DNA of 63,969 bases, the filler included, from Licmophora abbreviata (lineage: Eukaryota), in assembly GCA_900291995.1 (NCBI GenBank). It is 12 parts of 12 records of this genome, joined end to end, with 100 filler letters (N's around TTAATTAATTAA, not from the genome) between each part and the next. Parts side by side here need not be neighbours in the genome. Positions count along the whole stretch, not along the records: positions 12,748 to 16,652 come from OLMU01002460.1; positions 16,753 to 19,735 come from OLMU01002462.1; positions 19,836 to 23,430 come from OLMU01002463.1; positions 23,531 to 38,655 come from OLMU01002464.1; 8 more parts are not named here. One strand, written 5' to 3'. This document shows, piece after piece, positions 13,023-24,720 of the stretch; the stretch's first letter is position 1; each line of letters opens with the position of its first letter. Position numbers and translations under genes: made by a program. The notes beneath the pieces were generated by a model, which was not told the DNA's origin, ran no database searches, and saw only the letters and a list, made by a program, of their open reading frames with translations.

Positions 13023-13746
13023 CTAGGTGGTCTTCTTGGAGAACCTGCGCTCGCCCTGTGTGTATCGACGCTGAATCTGGGCGTGGTGCTCCTGTCCCTT
13101 GGACCGCGCCGCACGAGCCGCAGCAGCAGATCCAGCTCGCATTCCCTGAAAAGCAATGGAGGAGTCATCCTTGGATGCAGTGGTTCGTCGTTCCAAGGTC
13201 TTGACAACGTCTTCGTACTTTTTGCAAGAATCAGGCAGTTTGGAAAGCGAGGTAAGCTTGGAAGCGATCCCCTGGCAGTACTCGCGCGAGACATCCTCGT
13301 CGTCTGGGGGAAGAGTAGGAGAGAAAGGAAGTGGGGTCAGTCTAGTTGACACACCATGTCAGTGGCGCGTTTCACCAATGAGAATTCAGTCGTCGTCTCC
13401 GTGTCACGATTGCCTTGACGTTTCAAAGCAGGAACAGACAGTCTCAATGTATATGTCTGGAACGTCTCAAGGAAAAAGCCTTGAGACAGGCGGTCCGCGT
13501 AGAGTCGCTGAAACACCGGGAGAAAGTACCAAGAAATACCGATTGTGACGACATGCTGTAGAGGCAGTACAAGTCGCTACTGCCGCGAAACCCCGCGAAG
13601 ATACGCGCTCGGATACCTTTCACTACGACTCGACTTGATTCGGCCATTCGTCACTCACCGTACAAATTTTCTTGCAACATATCATTCTCAGCCCTTGACG
13701 AAAGGCGGCGGGCAACGTTGACAGCGTCGGCGTGAAGCAAACCCAT
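13023..13746 (-). CDS. Small two-exon hypothetical protein (~122 aa)
   Basis: Exon 1 MGLLHADAVNVARRLSSRAENDMLQENLY, GTGAGT donor at 13658, pyrimidine-rich acceptor at 13304, in-phase exon 2 with strong C/G-ending codon bias. Confidence 0.55.
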
Positions 13747-14228
13747 CTTGAATAGTATATACGGGCTGAAACAGAAAGAGCTAGAAATGCAAAGCCCTCT
13801 GCCGACAAGAGTGTTCGAAAAGTGCTGCACTTTGGGAGGGGGTGCCAACTTTGACAGCTTGTACATTCCACGGAACTCTCCTACCGCCTTCTTCGCCCTC
13901 AAACTTCCGGAGTGATCCTGAACAGAATCATTTCGTACCTCCCATTGGCCAAGAAACTCGCACCCTCTTGAAGTATCTTCTCCGGGTGGCTTTACTCAAC
14001 GAGCTCCAAGAGCTAGAGTCGAGTCAGTCTACATTCTACCTCGCAATTCGATGATTTTGGCGCGACCGCCTGTCCGTCCGTTACAGCGCCGGTTCATCCA
14101 AGCTCGTTCGATTTTCAATTTCACCCGCGGTCGAAGTTGTAGTCGACATCATCCCACGATGAGTTTCATGCACAAAGATCGCTCCTTAACTTCGTTCGCT
14201 TTCTCTGTTTGAGACCATAACATATACC

Positions 14229-15461
14229 ATGAAGCGTGGATTCCTTGTAGACGAGAAATCGCGTCGAAAGGATGATACAGGGCTGCTGAGAGACCCTCGC
14301 AGCCGCGATGGGTGGAATTCGTGGGGAACCAATCGACTGGGCACCGCGCCGGGGTCCTGGTCGATTCCTACGTCGGTGCAAGACGGTTCCGCTGGAGACT
14401 CGTCCAGAGACAATGAGAAGGTGAATCATCTTGAGTCTGCGTCTATATCTGGACCAGCACAAAGAGCATCGGCTTCCCATGCATTGCGGCCAAGCCAATT
14501 GAGACCAGTCCACGAACAACAGGTACAAGAGGACGACCAATCGACCACCACGACAGCACCAGTCTCATCCATCGCGGACATGAACCTTTCTTCTGACCTT
14601 TCCGACCGGCCGCGCATTTTCGAAGGCATGACAGAATTCTTGCCGCACAAGACGGTCGGAGTGCCACGCGCAGCTCTGGCAGCGTGGTACGGGCAGAAAC
14701 CACGTTGTCATCAAGTTACGAAAGAAAGCTACATTTCCTGGAATGATGGGGGTATGTCCCACAATCAACGCTTTTCAAGTTTATTTGTATGTCCTCTGAC
14801 GGGTGAGATATTCGCCACTGGCGAATATGGTAGTCGAGATAAATATGAAATTCGATATCAGGACTCTGAAACTGGAAGGGATATTGTTCGGCAGCAACAG
14901 GAGGACAGCGATACTGTGCCCGACGATGCAGTCCGAGTTATATGGTACAGTAAGTAAACAGAATCACTGGAATGGAACTTTCAAAATCATTTTCTGCCTC
15001 CATGTCTTACACATGCCCACCGCACTGCTGCTCCAGAACAAAAGACGTTGGCAGAGCACGGCGCAGCTGCTCGCGCATACGACTGTTTTTCGTTTCGGCG
15101 GAACTCAACCACGAACGGTTGCCTGGGTCGATCCATGCCTTACGCCCTTGAGGATCGACCGCCACTACCACTCTTGTCCCCCGATGTCGAGGAAAGGGTT
15201 CGAAAACGAACGGAGCAGGCGCAGAGTCGTATGGAAGTCGAACAAGCTGTGGAACTAGCAATTCTACGCAAGGAAAAAGAACAGCACGAAATCGAGCAAG
15301 ACAGACAACGAGAGCGACATGAATACCGGACAGCACGAATGACATCACAGCTCAATGATGTAGCAATTTCGAAAGAAGATGTCGCCAACTCGAAGAGAAT
15401 GAGAGACTCATCCATCGGCGATGAGGGTACCGGTATTGCTGCGAACGAAGAGGATTACTGA
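14229..15461 (+). CDS. Hypothetical protein with divergent dsRNA-binding-motif-like domain
   Basis: Intron 14950-15036 gives FSSLFVCPLTGEIFATG...WYKQKTLAEHGAAARAYDCF, followed by a coiled coil. Confidence 0.7.
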
Positions 15462-15771
15462 GCGGTTCCAATGGTGTGCCTTCGTAAGTAGTACAACTAG
15501 GTAGTCTCGTGTGCTCATCGCTAGCTTATCGTACGATATGACACCTGTAGGGTACAGCTGCGACACAAGATACGAGACCGACCAACTTCTGATAGCGTGT
15601 ATGAAGCAAAACAAAGATGGACTAGATTGACGCGCCTAGTGCGTTGACACTTACGAATCCCACGGGATTGAATTTTTGAGACTAAGTTGGCGCCAAACTG
15701 ATGATGGGGGCAACAAGTATGAAGAAACCCGCCGGTGGGGATCATCTCAACCATTTATTTCACAAAAGAGC

Positions 15772-16524
15772 ATGGCCATGTGTCCCAAGATAACTGCTGC
15801 CTTCATCGCAGCGTGGTTCGGTTGGATGATGGGTGTTTCTGTGGCAACTCAGCAGTACTGTCATCTGCAGTGTCGGAACAAAAGTTCTTGCTCACGGCTG
15901 CAGATTGACGCTGCATCGCTTGGGAAGCTGGTTCAGAGCGGCGCGATGGTAGAGTTTTGCGAGGATTGCCCTTCTTCTTTCGCTGGTGTCGCTTGTGATG
16001 TGCACGTCGATGAGGCATGTGTCGATGGAATCGAAGCAGGCCAAGCGTGTGACATGTGTGCCAAAGCTTCAGAGCGATCGGCATTCGCTGGATATATGTG
16101 TAAAGATACGGCAACCGAATACTGTCGCCCTTTCGACCCTTCATCACAAGTACTAACATACTGCACAAACGGTGGAAAGTGCGTGAACAATGAGCTCATT
16201 AGCAGCAGTTTCTCAACCGGACTTACGAAAGCAAGAACCAGGTACGATGTCGACGGATCGGTTGCGTTAACGCCGAGCTCACGGCTCACTTCTGACCCCT
16301 TTCTTTGCTTTTCCTATCACAGTCACGATGGATGTCGCTGCCCGCCTGAATTCGAAGGGCCTCACTGCGAGCATCTCAAATCGTTGTCCGGATCATCTCA
16401 TGTTGCCGACAAAGCTCTTTTCATTGTGGCCATAATCTTTTTGGTTTCCATTGTCACCATCTTGTTGGCTAAGGAACGTTGTTCACGACAGCGCCTGAGA
16501 CGCACTGCGGCACTCAACAACTAA
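15772..16524 (+). CDS. EGF-like cysteine-rich type I membrane protein
   Basis: Signal peptide; CP.SFAG.AC, CTNGGKC and CRCPPEFEGPHCE EGF motifs; C-terminal TM; probable in-frame intron 16242-16322. Confidence 0.75.
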   Translation: MAMCPKITAAFIAAWFGWMMGVSVATQQYCHLQCRNKSSCSRLQIDAASLGKLVQSGAMVEFCEDCPSSFAGVACDVHVDEACVDGIEAGQACDMCAKASERSAFAGYMCKDTATEYCRPFDPSSQVLTYCTNGGKCVNNELISSSFSTGLTKARTRYDVDGSVALTPSSRLTSDPFLCFSYHSHDGCRCPPEFEGPHCEHLKSLSGSSHVADKALFIVAIIFLVSIVTILLAKERCSRQRLRRTAALNN

Positions 16525-16652
16525 GTGGCTGAACACATCAAGCCACACCAACAGGCATCTTTCGCCAGACTGTTTCGCAGGGCGACTTGCGATTGCGATA
16601 GATCGGCTCTCGAATCGTATTACCATGGTTTGTGGAATCCTCGCTGCGCTTA

Positions 16653-16752
16653 NNNNNNNNNNNNNNNNNNNNNNNNNNNNNNNNNNNNNNNNNNNNTTAA
16701 TTAATTAANNNNNNNNNNNNNNNNNNNNNNNNNNNNNNNNNNNNNNNNNNNN
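16653..16752. other. Artificial contig spacer
   Basis: N44-TTAATTAATTAA-N44. Confidence 0.98.
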
Positions 16753-16847
16753 ACACATGTACACACACAGTGATGACAATGCCACTGTGTCGCACCACAG
16801 CCGTATCGTCACCGTCATTGCCGCACGTTCCTTCTTCTATCATCACC

Positions 16848-18094
16848 ATGGACGAACCTGATGCGTCGTCAACGTCGATTTCGAGCGCAGGGTCCGACAG
16901 TAGCAGCATTCCGACGCCAGACTCGTCGTCGTCGCCCATTGCTACGACTGCTACTTCTACTAGCACCACTGCCGCACCCGCCTCGAGCGTTTCAGTCCCT
17001 CACTCCGTCGGCATGCTGCTTCCAGAAGAAAAGACCTTTACCGATCTCGAAGCGTGGCTGTCCAAACTATCACTAGGAACTCCTCTCGCCGAATCCGAAG
17101 TCAAACAGCTCTGCGACATGGCGAGGGAGGTACTGCTTCATGAGTCCAACGTACAGCCCGTCAACGCCCCCGTCACAGTCTGCGGAGACATTCACGGCCA
17201 ATGGCACGATCTCATGGAACTATTCAGAATTGGAGGAAGTGCGCCGGACACCAACTACCTCTTCATGGGCGACTATGTCGACCGTGGCTACTACAGCGTC
17301 GAGACGGTGTCCATGCTGGTCTGTTTGAAAGTACGATACCCCAACCGCGTCTATGTCTTGCGAGGAAATCATGAAAGTCGACAAATCACGCAAGTTTATG
17401 GCTTCTACGACGAATGTGTCCGAAAGTACGGAAGTGCCAATGTATGGAAGCTCTTTACGGATCTCTTCGATTACTTCCCCCTCACGGCACTCGTGGAACA
17501 CTCTGTCTTTTGCCTTCATGGAGGACTCTCGCCCTCCATTGACACTTTGGATCACGTGCGCCAGTTGGATCGTGTGCAGGAAGTGCCACATGAAGGGCCC
17601 ATGTGTGACTTGCTCTGGAGCGATCCAGATGATCGCAGTGGATGGGGCATCAGTCCGAGGTGCGTACGACGATAGTGCTGGTTGTAGTTGTATCGAAGCA
17701 ACAATTGTGGGGCATGCCTCTAGGGCTTTGCACAACCTGCTCCAATCATGACACTGCTCGCTCAATTCAACTCTTACACGATTCCATTCCATTGTATTCC
17801 GACAGAGGAGCTGGATTTACATTTGGACAAGACATTTCTCAACAATTCAACGAGCGCAATGGCCTATCTCTAGTCAGTCGAGCCCACCAGCTCGTCATGG
17901 ACGGGTACAATTGGAGTCACGAGCAAGCAGTCGTTACCATCTTTAGTGCTCCCAACTATTGCTACCGATGTGGAAATCAAGCGGCCATTATGGAAGTCGA
18001 TGAAAACCTGAACAAGACCTTTCTACAGTTTGATCCAGCCCCACGTCGAGGCGAACCCCATAACAACAGACGGACTCCAGAGTACTTCTTGTAG
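16848..18094 (+). CDS. PP2A: Serine/threonine protein phosphatase 2A catalytic subunit
   Basis: [47 protein letters not shown]-terminal TPEYFL; intron 17660-17805; start uncertain. Confidence 0.95.
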
Positions 18095-18336
18095 AGAGAG
18101 GGAAGATGCTCAGTGTATCATACAACGGGTCTTGATATTGTAGGACGACGTCAGTGTGTGTCTGCATAATTATTGTAGTCGTAGTCGGGTGCTTGTATTT
18201 ACAGTCGTAGTCCCTTTCTACATATTAGCTCGATTGCGGCGCATGTGGTTCTCGTCGTGTTGCTAGCTACCGTTGATTGTGGTTTTCCGTCTGTGAAGGC
18301 CCAAAGGGGCTCATTGTACTCTTTCTCGTTTCTCGA

Positions 18337-19362
18337 CTAGTAGAGAGCCCACATGGCACTCGCAAAAGACACAAGGACAGCGACAAGACCACCGCCGACG
18401 GTGCAATCGACTCCACTGGTACCTCCTTCACGTACAAGCCAAGGTCTCCATGTCTCGCTGTTTCTTGCCACCCAGTCCGATGCTACAGCTTCCACCGTTT
18501 CGTTACCAAAGACGACGCGCTGGAGGAGCTCAATCTGAATCTCGTTGGTCATGCGAAAGTTTTGGAGGAACTCAAAGACTGCAGGGTTCATAGCCTCAAG
18601 ACCAGAAGAAGCAAACTTTTCAGTCCTGTCTTCGGGGTAGTCGCATGCGTAAAGGCCATCCTGGTTTGTAATGGAGGCGCGGCAGGCGTCCGTGATTGGA
18701 GGCAAGTCAACCTTTCGAAGGTTGTACTCTCCAACGGCAGCTTCGGGCGTCCACCAGTACATGAGCACTGGTTCTCTGGCTGCCACAGCAGCAGCCAAAA
18801 TGTCAAGGGTCTTGGGCTCGTCACCGGCGTACACTTGAACAAATGGCAGACCGAGGTTGGAAATGATCTGGTCGTCAAGACCGGAGTATCCAGGATCGAC
18901 ACCGAGGAAGCGTCCCAAGGGTGCTGTTTCCGGTGTTGCAAAGAGCTCTGCCGTACTGTTGAGAGTATAGAACTCCCAGGAGGCCGCCTCCGGATAGTCT
19001 TCGATGACGTAGTCTGGAACAAACCAGCCAATCTGGCCAATCACACCGAGTTGACCGAGTTCGATGATCGACCCCGCACGCACAAGTCCAAGCTGAAGGT
19101 CGTTGATACCCGAGGGCCAAATCTCCAGAACAGCATCCACGTTCTGACCAGCCAGCTGCGTAAAGGTCTCGCCATTTCCCGAGATGACTTCAACGTCGAC
19201 TTCTGTGCCTTCGATCTCTTGCTCGATGACGAGCTCTGCGATCTTTACGTTCAGCGCCGACGATGTCCATTTGTTTTCGACCAAAACTACCGGATCGGCA
19301 GCCTCGCACCTTACGACGAGAGCGACAGCCAACATCGCGAGCGCAAAGATAAGTCTAGCCAT
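18337..19362 (-). CDS. Glycine betaine/choline-type substrate-binding protein (OpuAC/ProX family) with signal peptide and GPI-like tail
   Basis: NKWTSS, VDAVLEIWP, GWFVPDYV, FATPET...GRFLG.DP.Y, YWWTP, ACDYP and WV..N...W..W motifs; intronless; hydrophobic N- and extreme C-termini. Confidence 0.85.
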   Translation of the reverse strand: MARLIFALAMLAVALVVRCEAADPVVLVENKWTSSALNVKIAELVIEQEIEGTEVDVEVISGNGETFTQLAGQNVDAVLEIWPSGINDLQLGLVRAGSIIELGQLGVIGQIGWFVPDYVIEDYPEAASWEFYTLNSTAELFATPETAPLGRFLGVDPGYSGLDDQIISNLGLPFVQVYAGDEPKTLDILAAAVAAREPVLMYWWTPEAAVGEYNLRKVDLPPITDACRASITNQDGLYACDYPEDRTEKFASSGLEAMNPAVFEFLQNFRMTNEIQIELLQRVVFGNETVEAVASDWVARNSETWRPWLVREGGTSGVDCTVGGGLVAVLVSFASAMWALY

Positions 19363-19735
19363 GATTGTCATGCTGTCGAATGCTCCAAACATAGAAAGCA
19401 CACACACACACACACCCTCGTTCATAACCTTGTGTTTTCCGAGCTTGATGAACGACGAGCCGAGATGAGGCGTCAAGGCACGACGATTTGATTTGATTGA
19501 TTCAGAATGACCACTTCTCGTGACTCGTGATGACGCAAGAGTCGTGATTCGACTGTTCGCCACATCTACGGCGGTCTATAACCTAAGACTCTAGAGAAGT
19601 ACTTCCTTAGAGAATCTCAACATCTGTGAGCTGTGCGGACTATACGTTTGCGGGTACTCGTATGTATTGGTAGACCAATCGTAGTCTACGCTCCTTCAGC
19701 GATCCATTACCGCGCTGCCCTATCCAATCGATCTG

Positions 19736-19835
19736 NNNNNNNNNNNNNNNNNNNNNNNNNNNNNNNNNNNNNNNNNNNNTTAATTAATTAANNNNNNNNN
19801 NNNNNNNNNNNNNNNNNNNNNNNNNNNNNNNNNNN
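19736..19835. other. Artificial contig spacer; flanks overlap by 35 nt
   Basis: 19701-19735 is identical to 19836-19870. Confidence 0.97.
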
Positions 19836-20704
19836 GATCCATTACCGCGCTGCCCTATCCAATCGATCTGCGGCTCATACGATCCAACGACGGCGGGGCT
19901 CGTATGGCGACAGCACGTCGCTGTCAGATACAAGGATGCTGCCCGCAGAACTGAGCACTAACTGCTCTTAGAAGTAGTAGCATTAGTAGCGGAAGCATAG
20001 CTCTCTATTTCAGCTTGCTAGTTTGCTTAGAGATGCGTCGTTCGTCCCTTCTTAACCTATCTCGTAGATACAGGTAGTAACTGTCATCTAACCCGGGACT
20101 ACCCAGAAGCAACCCGCAAGAATACCATTACCCAAAATACCCACGACATCCATTGTCTCTCTAGATAGAGACAAGGCCAACAAGCACCCTGAAAAAATAT
20201 TTAGAAAGTACCATACGCATGGTCGGTGCGGTTGTACGGGTATGAACAGAAGGAGTTGGGTTCATTGCCTCCCTCCACGGAACGATGACATATGCGTCTT
20301 CCTTTTTTCGTGGGAATACATGCGCGTACACCACTTCAATGGCTTTAGTGTATTCTGCCTTCGTTGAAATGCTGACAGGCGAAGACTCGCCGTCGTCCCG
20401 CACGATGCCATGGCAACAAATTGATCGACTGGCATATCCATGACCCGATTGCACATTCATCTCCAACGACAAAGGCAAGCTTCCCAAATTCTGGCGCTTT
20501 CATGATCCCATGCGTTTAGATTAAGCACTTCCATCCGTTCAGGAGATATCCTGCTCCACTCCCAGTTGGTGGCCGTGGCAGAGTTTTGGTTCCAGCGGGT
20601 CTGGTTGCCGCTCGCTCATCGTCGACAGCAAGAATCAACCTGCGTAGAGACTCTGTCGACGTCACCGGATCGTTCCGAGGAGGAGAGCTTTGCAAGGGTT
20701 CTCC

Positions 20705-22568
20705 TCAACCATGCCCTTCAGCGTCGCAAGAAAATGGGGGTCCATGGTTGGACCAGTCAAGTTCGATGGAACCAAGAGAGCCGACGAGGCCTGTGAACAG
20801 AAAGATCAGTCCAAAAAGAACAAGCCCATACGACGACACAGTGGCACGGGTCGGACTCCAAAGAGGGGCTTGGATTACTCGACGATGGATCACTGCTGGC
20901 AGCAAGAGCGTTAGAGGCACAGATGTCAATGCTCCAATCAATGCTACGAGATCCTTGAAGAACGGAACCACGTTGGCGACCAAGTATGAGGATACCGCCA
21001 TGAGAAGCGTGAGGAGCAGCCAGCGTCGTTTCGGGTGGTGCCGTAAATCAAATACGGTAACGTGGTGAAAGAACATGCGGTCCATAGATGCGCAAATCGC
21101 CTGAGAGTTAATGGCGTATGACACTGCGACGTGTATCCAAAGCAACAAGCCTGCGATGCGTCGGTTCAGGCCTTGCGGGATATCGTCAAACAAAAAAGCC
21201 GGCGGATCTTTTGTGCAGAGCGAACCAAGAAAAATGATCAGAACGCTTCTAGCGCTTGCTACATCCAAACACATCGAATCATCACTTACCAGGTCCCGAC
21301 AATAGACAAATCCCTACGTACACCGTCCCATATAGAGTCAGTGCCGTCCCAAGAGACTTTGGCGCTTCCTCGCGACGCTTCATTTCGTGACGAATGTTCA
21401 AGAACAGCTTCTGGCTACCAACCGCGAATCCAATACTGGCAATCGATGAAAACATTCGCAAGACAGTCCTGTTTTCGGCAGGTGGCACGTATGTTCCCTC
21501 GTCGATGGGCTGGCTTTGACGTTCTTGCGCCGCCACGAGACACTGTATTACGACAATCGTCAACGTCAGCAAAGAAATGACAGTAGCGGAGCGACCGAGA
21601 TTCGCCATGGTACGCAGCTGACTAAATGCAAACATCAGGGTCGACGCCAGTATTCCTGCCGTTGGTAAGCAGATGGTTCCTTCTCCAATGACAGCCGCAA
21701 CCGCATGAGACATGACGAGAATGTAGTCGCCCAGCACAAGAAATATATTCGTATAGAAGAACGCCATGACGAAATAAGTGGCCCGTGGGTGATGAAAGAC
21801 TTCCTGCGTCATCCCGATAAAATCATACGTCGAAGAATCTGCTTCACGACGATGGTGCTGGTCTTGGCGAAGATGAGCGATTGTCGTCCCGACATCAGCT
21901 CCATGCTGGTGGTCGTGACCAGAAGCTGACTCCTGCACCGACACCGCGGTAGAAGCGATTGGTTCTATCGCCGTATCGGCTAGTTCTGCCCTGTCGGATA
22001 CATCAATGCTCGAATAAGTGCTCCTGTTCTTCTTCCGAGCAACTCGCACTAGACCATCGCCTCCACTCATGTGCTGTTCAACAGAATCCGTTGGTGAACC
22101 AGCCGCAGCATCTCCAATCACCACCACGGAGTCAGGATGATCTTTTCGTGGGTCTCGCTCCTGATCTAGTTCAACCTGCACCGCCGCATTGCTGAGAATC
22201 GTTCCTGCAAAGAGATTAATGGGTAGATTTAAAATGAGGAATCCCAATCCCACCGCACGCCCCAAAACTTTGACATCCTGTGGCAACGCTAACAGCCCAG
22301 TCCCAAGACAGTCGGCAGTGAGTAGTGCTGCCGCCTGTAGCATATTCAAATCGTTCTCGGAGGGATCAGTATACGAGGAATCGGTGTCGACCGACAATGC
22401 GTCGCTGATCGTGCCTTCATTTTCGTGATCCTGTGCAGGTAGACGATGGTGCTGAGCCGTCCGACTCACAGCGGGACTACTTGACAAGCGAATGTCAGCG
22501 GCGGAACTCTCGCTCAGCTCAACACCCGTCTGTGACGACCAGGACTCGCTCTTTCCAAACTTAGACAT
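20705..22568 (-). CDS. Amino acid/auxin permease (AAAP, Aa_trans) family transporter
   Basis: LGTGLLALP, FAVGSQKLFLNIRHEM, VPFFKDLVALIGAL..VPLTLLLPA; multiple TM segments; intron 21208-21289. Confidence 0.88.
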
Positions 22569-22947
22569 GATCTTTGTTCATGCGGGGACACAAGGAAAGA
22601 GCTACTATGCTCTGAACGATGTGTTTGCTCGCAATTCAGCAGCCGTCGCGACCCATCATGGTTATGTCGCCTCGTCGCCGCACTTTCTAGTTTGGTCCAT
22701 TTGCGAGTTCCAAGTTTCGAAAAACCTTCAATCCGAGCTCCCACTGTACAACTGTACGAAGACCTAACATACCTGTTCACAAAGACAGGCGTTGGGGCGC
22801 GCAATATTTTCAGGAGCGTGGACCCACTCTTTCGTTCGCTCCCTTGTTCCTCGCTTGTGCATGTTTCTTCGACGCCGGTTGAGTCCAGCGAAAAAGGAAC
22901 AGTCCTTGCTACCAGTGTTTGAGCGCCGTCGCAGATCAAAGATAACC

Positions 22948-24458
22948 ATGGAGGAGACCGCCGCTCCGGATGTGCTTGCCAGCTTCGCCTTGACTGGTGA
23001 GTTTTGTATATAATCAGTGATGAAGTAATTTTATGATATGTACGTATTCAGCTCTTCTAATCACTTACGAAATCTGGCATTTCGAACACCATCTTCTTCG
23101 CTCGACAGAACTCAAGGTCGGTCGACTGATTGGCAAAGGCGGCTTCAGCTTTGTCAATGATTTAGAAGGCATCGAACTTAATGAAGTCTACGACATGTCG
23201 GACGAGGATGCTAGAATTAGAAGGGACTTTGCCCGACACTCGGGTAGTCTCGACCCTGACCATCGCTATGTCGTCAAGATGCTGCGCGATGACTTGCCCG
23301 AGGACGAACACACCAAGGGTGTGGTCGACTTGGCCATTGAAGCGGAATTTCTGCAGAATCTCTCGCATCCGAACATTGTCAAGATGAGAGCGACGGCCAA
23401 TTCGGATCCTTACGAGGGAAAATTCTTTGTNNNNNNNNNNNNNNNNNNNNNNNNNNNNNNNNNNNNNNNNNNNNTTAATTAATTAANNNNNNNNNNNNNN
23501 NNNNNNNNNNNNNNNNNNNNNNNNNNNNNNGACGGCCAATTCGGATCCTTACGAGGGAAAATTCTTTGTCGTACTCGACTATCTTCGACTCACTCTGGAA
23601 CGACGGATGAATTTTTGGAGAAAGGACGTCGGGACGAACATTGGTGTCTGGATGGGACCATGCTGTGGATACTGGTGTGCAAAGAATCACGAATTGTATC
23701 GTATCTGGTTGGAACGCATGATTGTCTGTAGAGATCTCGCCAAGGCTATCAGATATCTCCACGACCAAGATATCGTCTATCGAGACTTGAAACCAGACAA
23801 TGTTGGATTCGATTCCAAAGGCGAAGTCAAGCTTTTTGACTTTGGGCTTGCGAAGCGACTCGATCCCACCGATAAGCTGGACGACGAACTCTACGATCTC
23901 ACCGGCCAAACTGGATCGTTGCGATATATGGCTCCTGTAGGTAGTCCCTGACTGGCTGCGAGTGTTCTCACTGCATTGGACCGCAAGCTAACTCTTTGTT
24001 CTGCTCGCGCTAAACGACAGGAGGTGGCTCTGGAAAAGCCCTATAACAAAAGCGTCGATTTGTATAGTTTCGGGATACTGTTTTGGCAGATTTGCTCCCT
24101 GACGACGCCTTACGCGGGCATGACGACGAAGAGTCATTGCGAGAAGGTGTTGAAGCAAGGCCATCGCCCAAAGCCGGATGCGACATGGCCCATGACATGG
24201 GTGCAGCTGATGAAAGATTGTTGGTCTACGGATATCTTTGCACGCCCTGACTTTGACCACGTGGTTCGTATTCTCGATGCTGAAGTGAATGAGATTATGA
24301 GAGAGGAAGGTGTCGTCCCGACTCGTGCGTCAGAGATTCGCGCCAAGAATCGGAAGCAAAAGAAGTTCAAAAAGGGAGAGAAACGATTGGATGTGGACAC
24401 AAGAATACACATGGACGAAGATCCGAGCATCAAGCGATTCGATGCCAATGTTGTATGA
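22948..24458 (+). CDS. Protein kinase (TKL-like) split across a contig join
   Basis: GKGGFS, VVK, YRDLKPDN, DFGLAK, GSLRYMAPE, DLYSFG, RPDF; introns 22997-23108 and 23937-24020; frame continuous after removing spacer and 39-nt overlap. Confidence 0.9.
23431..23530. other. Artificial contig spacer; flanks overlap by 39 nt
   Basis: 23392-23430 is identical to 23531-23569. Confidence 0.97.
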
Positions 24459-24720
24459 GGTGGCAGATCGGTAGAATGTTGGTCTGCTGGAATCGTAGCG
24501 TTATTGGCAGCATATCCTGGTGATGAGTATCGTACGAAGTTAAAGAAGATAGTGGATCCTAAACCATTTTCTACTGTAGTACAAGCGCCTTAGAAGTAAA
24601 GGATGTTGGTACATGCCTTTTAGAAGATTACGAGATGTATAAAGATGAATGTCGCCTTTTCGACTTTGTAAGAGATAAGAGAACATTCCAAATTCCATTT
24701 CTCCTGACAGAGATCCAAAG

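Noticed and set aside
12930..13025. Possible stop-codon readthrough after TAG at 13023
   Set aside because: The downstream 29 codons show no recognisable signal; no evidence of recoding.
19398..19415. (CA)n microsatellite, also (GTT)n near 50758
   Set aside because: Short simple repeats in 5' regions; ordinary.
18277..19491. 404-aa plus-strand ORF
   Set aside because: Antisense shadow of the OpuAC-type gene.
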